A DNA stretch of 64,000 bases from an uncultured archaeon (GTDB lineage Archaea > Micrarchaeota > Micrarchaeia > Anstonellales > Bilamarchaeaceae): positions 25,637 through 89,636 of the forward strand of contig CAVTHI010000001.1 of NCBI GenBank assembly GCA_963734525.1, given 5' to 3'. Each line of letters starts with the position of its first letter. The first letter of the stretch is position 1. Positions 59,046 through 64,000 of this stretch are shown piece after piece. The notes under the pieces were generated by a model that did not search any database, was not told the origin of the DNA, and saw only the letters and a program-made list of their open reading frames with translations. The position numbers were made by a program, and so were the translations under genes.

Positions 59046-61586
59046 TCAGCTGCCGCTAGGGATGCTCGGCGCGCTCGCGTTCGAGCTGTTGTTGGGGATG
59101 TACGGCGTCCCGCTTAAGGGGAGCGGGCGCTCCATGAGCTGGAAAAGCCGCTTCCCGTCGGGGCAGAAGTTGTTGTCGCACCCGTTGCTCAGGTAGATGA
59201 AGGCCTCGACCTTCTTCTTGCCAGGGTCGGCCTGCCGCGCGAGGAAAGGCACTTCGCATTCCTGCACGTACTGGATGAAATCCGTGTAGCCGTAGCATTC
59301 GTAGGGCGGGTTCTTCTTCGGGTGCCCGTCCTGGCACCGGCTGTCGCTCTGGCCGTCGGACGAGGCGCAATAGGTCTCGTTGATGGCCCAGCTCTGCGAG
59401 AAGCCGTACGCCCAGCAGTCGCCGTTCGACACGCTGCTTGAGCAGCGCGGGTGGTCCGCGGCCCTGGCCTTCGAGCCCCAGAAGCCGGAGTACATGTTGC
59501 CTGCGATGTATAATGCGAAAAGGTTGTCCTTGTCGAGGTCACCTGCGCCCCAGTTCAGCTTGCCCCTGTTCGTGTTTATCCAGCCCCTGGCGTTCCTCAT
59601 CATCGCCTCTATCTTGAGGGTGCCGATGCAGATGGAATCGGTAGGGACGAATGGGTTGAAATTTGGATTGCATCCTTTTGCGCCGCTAAGGTCGAGATTG
59701 CGCATGCCCGAGCGGGTGAATATGTCTTCATACGGGCCGTCGCCGCCGCCTGGGAAGTTCGGGGCCGGCCAGAACGTGAACGGCGGCTCGAGGCTCTGCA
59801 TTATGCCGACGGCGCACCAGCGCCAGTCCGGCTGCGCGGCCGGAGGCGCGTTCGTGAGGTTCGCGTTGCAGTTGCCGTCCGGGTCGTACATCTCGTCGTA
59901 TGCTATGTCGTAGCACTCGTCCTTGCCCGGCCCGGGCTCGAAGCATCCCGGCCCGTCATAGCCCTGCTTGCAGACCTTCGCCGCCGAGCAGGGGTTGAAG
60001 TCGCTTTCGGTAAGTATGAATGCGCGGACTATCATCGGGTCGAGGTTGCGCGCACTCGCCCACTGGTTGATTTCCGGGAAGCTGTTGCAGTACCGGTCGG
60101 GCGGAACGCCGCCGCCGGGCGAGAGGCTCGTGAAGATGCTTGCAAGCGGCCTGCTGGCATTCGATATCAGGCACGCGTCGCACGTGAAGAGGAGCGGCGC
60201 CGGGGCGCGGAGCTGGTTGGTCTGCTGCTGCATGATGTCGCGCCCTGCGAAAGCGAAACCGCGCATGTAGTCCTGGTTCTCGTTCGCATTGCACGCCGTG
60301 CCCGATTCGTTGCCGAAAAGGATCAGGCGGTTGCCGGAGTTCTGGCCGGAAACGTTGGAGAACGCCTGGCAGCCCCCGTACCATGCCTGGAGGCGCTGCG
60401 CCGTCCTGCCCACGCCGCAGTTCGTGCAGTTGAGGGGGTTCGTGACGCCGATTCCGCCGCTCGTGTTGAATGAATATGGCGCTATGCCTATCACGCCGCG
60501 CTTCTGCAGCGTGGACACCCCGAAGGGGAAGAACGACCCGTATGCGGCGACCACGTCGCTTTCGGTCCAGTTGCACGAGTTGTCGATATCGCTCGTCCCG
60601 GGGTCGAAAAGGACGTACGGGATGATGGAGGGCTTGCTCCAGTTGTAAAGGGAATACATCGAGAAGTTCGTGGCCTGCGAACGGACGCGCGCGGCGTCGC
60701 ATGAATGGACGTACTTGCCGTTGATGCCGTACGCCACGTAGTCGACCTTGTCCGCATCGGCGCCGAGGGCCATCATCACGTCGTTAAGCGCATTGAAGTC
60801 GTTGATTTTCGGGGCGACCGCGATGAAGCAGTATATTTTTCCTGCGGCACGGTCGTTCCTGCACTCCTGGTCGATTGCGCGGACCTGGTTGGCGATTTCC
60901 GGCGCCCTGCTCCGGTCGAAGTCCATCTCCGTGACGACTATCACCGGGCCGACGGGGCCGCTGGAGAGCCTCCCGAGGTAGACATCGTCGCCTTCGGTTC
61001 CTAGTATCCTCGCGATGTCCTGCGTGCGGCTGATGTTGATGTTGGTGCCGTTGCTGTACAGGATGTAGACCGGTATGATGTCCTTGCTGAGGAAGCACAT
61101 CGTGCGCATCGAATCGGGGCGCAGGTACGGAGATTCGTTGTTCCCCACCAGCCACTGGACGGCCATGTTCAGGCGGTCCGAGCAGAACGTGTTCGCCGTG
61201 CCGAAATCGCCGAACGTCGGACCCTGCCCTATCATGAACGGGCGCACCGAAAGGCTCTGGTCCATGGAGGTATTGTTGTAGTTGGCATAGCGCGCCATCT
61301 GCTGGGGCGTGCAGTTCTTGTCGAAATAGCAGTAGCCGCCTATCAGGCTTTGCATGGGGCCGAAGATGTTCGTGCCGTTCCGGCAGACCATGCACCAGCA
61401 GCTTCCGGGCTTGCAGTACTCGACCATGGAGGCGTTGTTGATCGCCACGCGGTTGAGGCCGTCGCGGTAATCCTGTTCGAAGAGCGAGGAGCCGCCGTTC
61501 AGCCTCTGCAGGCATCCCGTGAGCACGATAGCCCCGCCCAGCACGACCGCTATGGCCAGTATGAATGCCGCTCGCCTCGAATCCAT
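59046..61586 (-). CDS. large secreted cysteine-rich protein (846 aa) with many N-x-S/T sequons and an embedded SLT-like lytic transglycosylase motif set
   Basis: N-terminal TM/signal with LTGC; >40 Cys; >20 sequons; ILTESDFNPCSAA ... CAVGIMQ ... ALYIAGNMY resembles ES / GLMQ / AYNAG motifs of family-1 lytic transglycosylases with an insertion. Confidence 0.6.
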   Translation of the reverse strand: MDSRRAAFILAIAVVLGGAIVLTGCLQRLNGGSSLFEQDYRDGLNRVAINNASMVEYCKPGSCWCMVCRNGTNIFGPMQSLIGGYCYFDKNCTPQQMARYANYNNTSMDQSLSVRPFMIGQGPTFGDFGTANTFCSDRLNMAVQWLVGNNESPYLRPDSMRTMCFLSKDIIPVYILYSNGTNINISRTQDIARILGTEGDDVYLGRLSSGPVGPVIVVTEMDFDRSRAPEIANQVRAIDQECRNDRAAGKIYCFIAVAPKINDFNALNDVMMALGADADKVDYVAYGINGKYVHSCDAARVRSQATNFSMYSLYNWSKPSIIPYVLFDPGTSDIDNSCNWTESDVVAAYGSFFPFGVSTLQKRGVIGIAPYSFNTSGGIGVTNPLNCTNCGVGRTAQRLQAWYGGCQAFSNVSGQNSGNRLILFGNESGTACNANENQDYMRGFAFAGRDIMQQQTNQLRAPAPLLFTCDACLISNASRPLASIFTSLSPGGGVPPDRYCNSFPEINQWASARNLDPMIVRAFILTESDFNPCSAAKVCKQGYDGPGCFEPGPGKDECYDIAYDEMYDPDGNCNANLTNAPPAAQPDWRWCAVGIMQSLEPPFTFWPAPNFPGGGDGPYEDIFTRSGMRNLDLSGAKGCNPNFNPFVPTDSICIGTLKIEAMMRNARGWINTNRGKLNWGAGDLDKDNLFALYIAGNMYSGFWGSKARAADHPRCSSSVSNGDCWAYGFSQSWAINETYCASSDGQSDSRCQDGHPKKNPPYECYGYTDFIQYVQECEVPFLARQADPGKKKVEAFIYLSNGCDNNFCPDGKRLFQLMERPLPLSGTPYIPNNSSNASAPSIPSGS

Positions 61587-61609
61587 GAGGGTATATTTCC
61601 CGTTTCAGG

Positions 61610-61619
61610 ATTAAAATAC
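61610..61619 (-). promoter_or_regulatory. TATA-box-like element (rc agtattttaa) ~25-30 nt upstream of the 59046..61586 start codon
   Basis: AT-rich element at archaeal leaderless-promoter spacing. Confidence 0.3.
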
Positions 61620-61768
61620 TAGCGATTCCGGGCAGTTTCGGGCCAGGGGGGCGGATTTTGGGCAGGAATCGCCGGACTGGCCGGTTGTATGGGAAAAAAG
61701 AAATAGAAAAAAGGCCAAGAATGAAATGAATCCATTAGGAAAAGGAAGAAAAAATGAAAAAATAAGGC

Positions 61769-64000
61769 CTAGTACATGGCCTGCTTGCATGCCGAGTTCT
61801 TGCACATGCTCCCGCGGTAGTTGGACATGCCGCACTTCGGGCAGTACACCACCATCGAGAGCTTCTGGGGCTGGACCAGCTTCGAGAGGCCCTGTCCCAT
61901 GCCTTCCGCCATGCCGCGCAGGTTCGAACCGAACCCGCCGCCGCCGTAGCCGTGCTTCGAGCGCGCGACGTATTTCGCGGCAATCTCCTTCGGAGTCGCC
62001 GACTGCGGGAACAGCGGAACCGGCATGTGCCATATGAAGGCAAGCGGGTTGGCCCACCCGAAGAGCGAGTTCTGCAGCACGCCGAAGCCTCTCAGCTCCT
62101 GGTCCCTGCGTATTGCGAGGGACTCGGCTGAAACCGTCCTTCTCGTGGTGTTGTCCATCGCGGCCGAGTAGAGGTCCTTGTCATAGAGGTAGGTTGCCTC
62201 CTTGCTCCTGAAGAGGTACTCCGCCATCGGCGCGTCGGCCTTCATCGTCATCCTATAGTCGTAGAAGGTTTCGCCGGGGTTGACGTCCTCCGTTCTCGCA
62301 TTCGCATAGACACCCTTCTTCTGCAGGAATATGTCCTGCGGCGCCTGCCTCAGGCCGGTCATGTAGTCGTGCCCGGCAAGCTGGTGCCTCTCGAGGCTGC
62401 CTCCGAAGACGTTCATCTTCGCCATCGTGTCGGAGCTCTTGCCGCCGAACCACTTGAATGACATCGGGTTCAGGGACTGCATTGCTTCAAGCACCCTGGG
62501 CTCGGTGTAGTTCCACTGGCGCAGCGCATCCCCGGTGGAGTCCCACTTGGACGCGTAGCCCTGCATGGACATCTGCATGCCCCTCATCATGCTCACGTAC
62601 GGGCGGAGCATCTTGCCTGCCATGTCCATCGGGAATCCGTAGGGCCCCAGGGTGAAGTTCATATACTCGCCCTTGCCCATGAACGCCCTCAGGTTGTCCT
62701 TCACGTTGAAGGGGACGGCAGGGCCGTAGTGGAACGACGCGGCCCACGCCTGGTGGGTTCCGAAGGAGGACGATATCCTCCACGGGTTCCTGTCTATGGC
62801 GTACTGCCATACCTGGACGTATGCGCCGTGCTGGGCCGCGACCGCCCTGTATGCAATCTTCTCCTCGTCGGAGAGGCCGTTCAGTATCTGGCCGGACTGT
62901 ATCTTGTTCGCCAGCTGGAACGAGTGCATCCTCAGCTGGGATGACGTCGGCGTTATGTCGTATGACGTGTTCAGCAGGTTCCCGCCAGCCGCCATCGCTA
63001 CCTTGGAGATGTAGTCCCCGCCGTGCATGCCTATGTCCCTGAAGGGCTTTATCATCGGGCCCATGCTGGGGCCGTCCACGCCGAAGAAGCGCAGCGACGA
63101 GGGCGCGACAGGAGTGACCTGGCGCTTGGCCTCGACCGTGATTGCGCTCTCGTTCCAGAAGCGCCCGTAGTCGTAGGTCCTCTGGGCTCCTTCCCAGAGC
63201 ACGGACGCGAGCACGCGCTCCTTCTCGTAGTTGTACCCGCCCTCCTTGGCCCACTTGACCGCGGAGTCGAGGAATCCGGTCCATTCGGCCGGGTCCTTGG
63301 ACGAGCGCACCTTCTGGAACTGCATCTGGAGGTCGTCCCGGCTGCCGAAGCTGACGACGACGTCCTCCGGTATGAATTTCCGGAGCACGCCCTTCTCGTC
63401 GCGCAGGGCCGTTTCGCCGGCCATGATGCGGTCCGCATCGCTGAGCATCATGCCCTTCTTGTAGTAGGCATAGCCTCCTTCGCCGAGCATGACTACGGCC
63501 TTGTTGGCCTTGGCCACGTCATCGTAGCTCATGTCCCTCGTTATGACCTTCTGGTAGGACTCCTTGTGCGTGTTCATGAGGTCTTTCAGCTTCGCAAGGT
63601 CCTTGGGGCTCGTGAGGTCCATCTTCGAGAGGAACATCAGGTCGGGGTGGTTGTTCTCCATGCCCTTCTCCTGGAGCGCCTTCTCCATGAAGCCGGCCAT
63701 CACGCCCGCGTAGAACCTCGTGGTCTCGCGGGTGGTGCCGTAGGTGTTTTGCCCGAAGTGGGAGTTGAACCTCGACTCGAAGTCCTGCATGAGCGTCTCG
63801 GTTATCGCGAGCTTCTTCACCACCTGGGTCCTCTGCTCCACGGTCCAGCTTGCCGAGCCGGCCATCCGGTTGGCCTGCGCCTCTACCGAGGCGTTGTAGT
63901 AGGGCGTGTAGCTCCTCGTGAACCTGGACTCGGTGGACTGAGCTATCGCGATGTTCTCCCGCGCGCTCAGTTCCGGGATCCAGTGCCTCTTGACATCCAC
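61769..64000 (-). CDS. large hypothetical protein (>743 aa, 5' end outside window) with C-terminal C4 zinc ribbon
   Basis: uninterrupted 743-codon ORF to window edge; Met/Gly/Tyr-rich; ends CPKCGMSNYRGSMCKNSACKQAMY; no recognised domain. Confidence 0.55.
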   Translation of the reverse strand: MDVKRHWIPELSARENIAIAQSTESRFTRSYTPYYNASVEAQANRMAGSASWTVEQRTQVVKKLAITETLMQDFESRFNSHFGQNTYGTTRETTRFYAGVMAGFMEKALQEKGMENNHPDLMFLSKMDLTSPKDLAKLKDLMNTHKESYQKVITRDMSYDDVAKANKAVVMLGEGGYAYYKKGMMLSDADRIMAGETALRDEKGVLRKFIPEDVVVSFGSRDDLQMQFQKVRSSKDPAEWTGFLDSAVKWAKEGGYNYEKERVLASVLWEGAQRTYDYGRFWNESAITVEAKRQVTPVAPSSLRFFGVDGPSMGPMIKPFRDIGMHGGDYISKVAMAAGGNLLNTSYDITPTSSQLRMHSFQLANKIQSGQILNGLSDEEKIAYRAVAAQHGAYVQVWQYAIDRNPWRISSSFGTHQAWAASFHYGPAVPFNVKDNLRAFMGKGEYMNFTLGPYGFPMDMAGKMLRPYVSMMRGMQMSMQGYASKWDSTGDALRQWNYTEPRVLEAMQSLNPMSFKWFGGKSSDTMAKMNVFGGSLERHQLAGHDYMTGLRQAPQDIFLQKKGVYANARTEDVNPGETFYDYRMTMKADAPMAEYLFRSKEATYLYDKDLYSAAMDNTTRRTVSAESLAIRRDQELRGFGVLQNSLFGWANPLAFIWHMPVPLFPQSATPKEIAAKYVARSKHGYGGGGFGSNLRGMAEGMGQGLSKLVQPQKLSMVVYCPKCGMSNYRGSMCKNSACKQAMY

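Noticed and set aside
59001-59050. Inverted repeat gctgaac...gttcagc spanning the stop codon of the SLT-like gene as a terminator
   Set aside because: 23-nt loop, no following T-run; archaeal terminators are usually oligo-T; probably coding-sequence coincidence
1-64000. CRISPR arrays, rRNA genes, integrases or transposases
   Set aside because: No regularly spaced short repeats, no rRNA-like conserved stretches, and no ORF with integrase/transposase motifs were seen anywhere in the window

Overview
The window is a GC-rich (~60%), gene-dense archaeal chromosomal segment. It is archaeal because it carries topoisomerase VI A/B, RtcB plus archease, archaemetzincin, a short XPF nuclease, a LonB-type ATPase, intron-containing tRNAs, and TATA boxes about 25 nt upstream of start codons. 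I call about 75 CDS and three tRNAs: tRNA-His, tRNA-Asn with an 81-nt canonical intron, and tRNA-Glu with a 103-nt canonical intron. Content is mostly housekeeping and transport. There is a small group-3-type [NiFe]-hydrogenase cluster (small subunit, large subunit, maturation protease, FNR-like flavoprotein). Transport genes include a P3A-type cation ATPase, CPA2, APC, EamA and a MacB-like ABC system. There is a thiol-disulfide set (thioredoxin-fused CcdA/DsbD-like, membrane DsbA-like, cysteine desulfurase, CDGSH protein). Other recognisable genes are carbamate kinase, a cDPG-synthetase-like P-loop protein, aldehyde dehydrogenase, geranylgeranyl reductase, DHH phosphoesterase and a KH protein. 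Four things stand out most. First, several secreted cysteine-rich proteins, including one with a Kazal-like inhibitor module plus four novel ~65-aa Cys repeats. Second, an 846-aa heavily sequon-decorated secreted protein with an embedded lytic-transglycosylase (SLT)-like motif. Third, a ~1.2-kb low-GC islet (retropepsin-like aspartic protease plus a tiny partner gene) abutting the 3' end of tRNA-Glu. Fourth, a LonB-like AAA+ ATPase lacking both TM helices and a protease domain, preceded by a ~45-bp direct repeat pair. A global caveat is that at least 10 single-base insertions (+1 frameshifts) interrupt otherwise highly conserved genes. These are the hydrogenase large subunit (x2), DUF4256, epimerase (x2-3), RtcB, CobW, the cDPGS-like gene and GNAT (x2). 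All are extra C or G, often in homopolymers or right after GCG. This looks like systematic assembly or base-calling error rather than pseudogenisation. Coordinates I derived by hand may be off by 1-2 nt.
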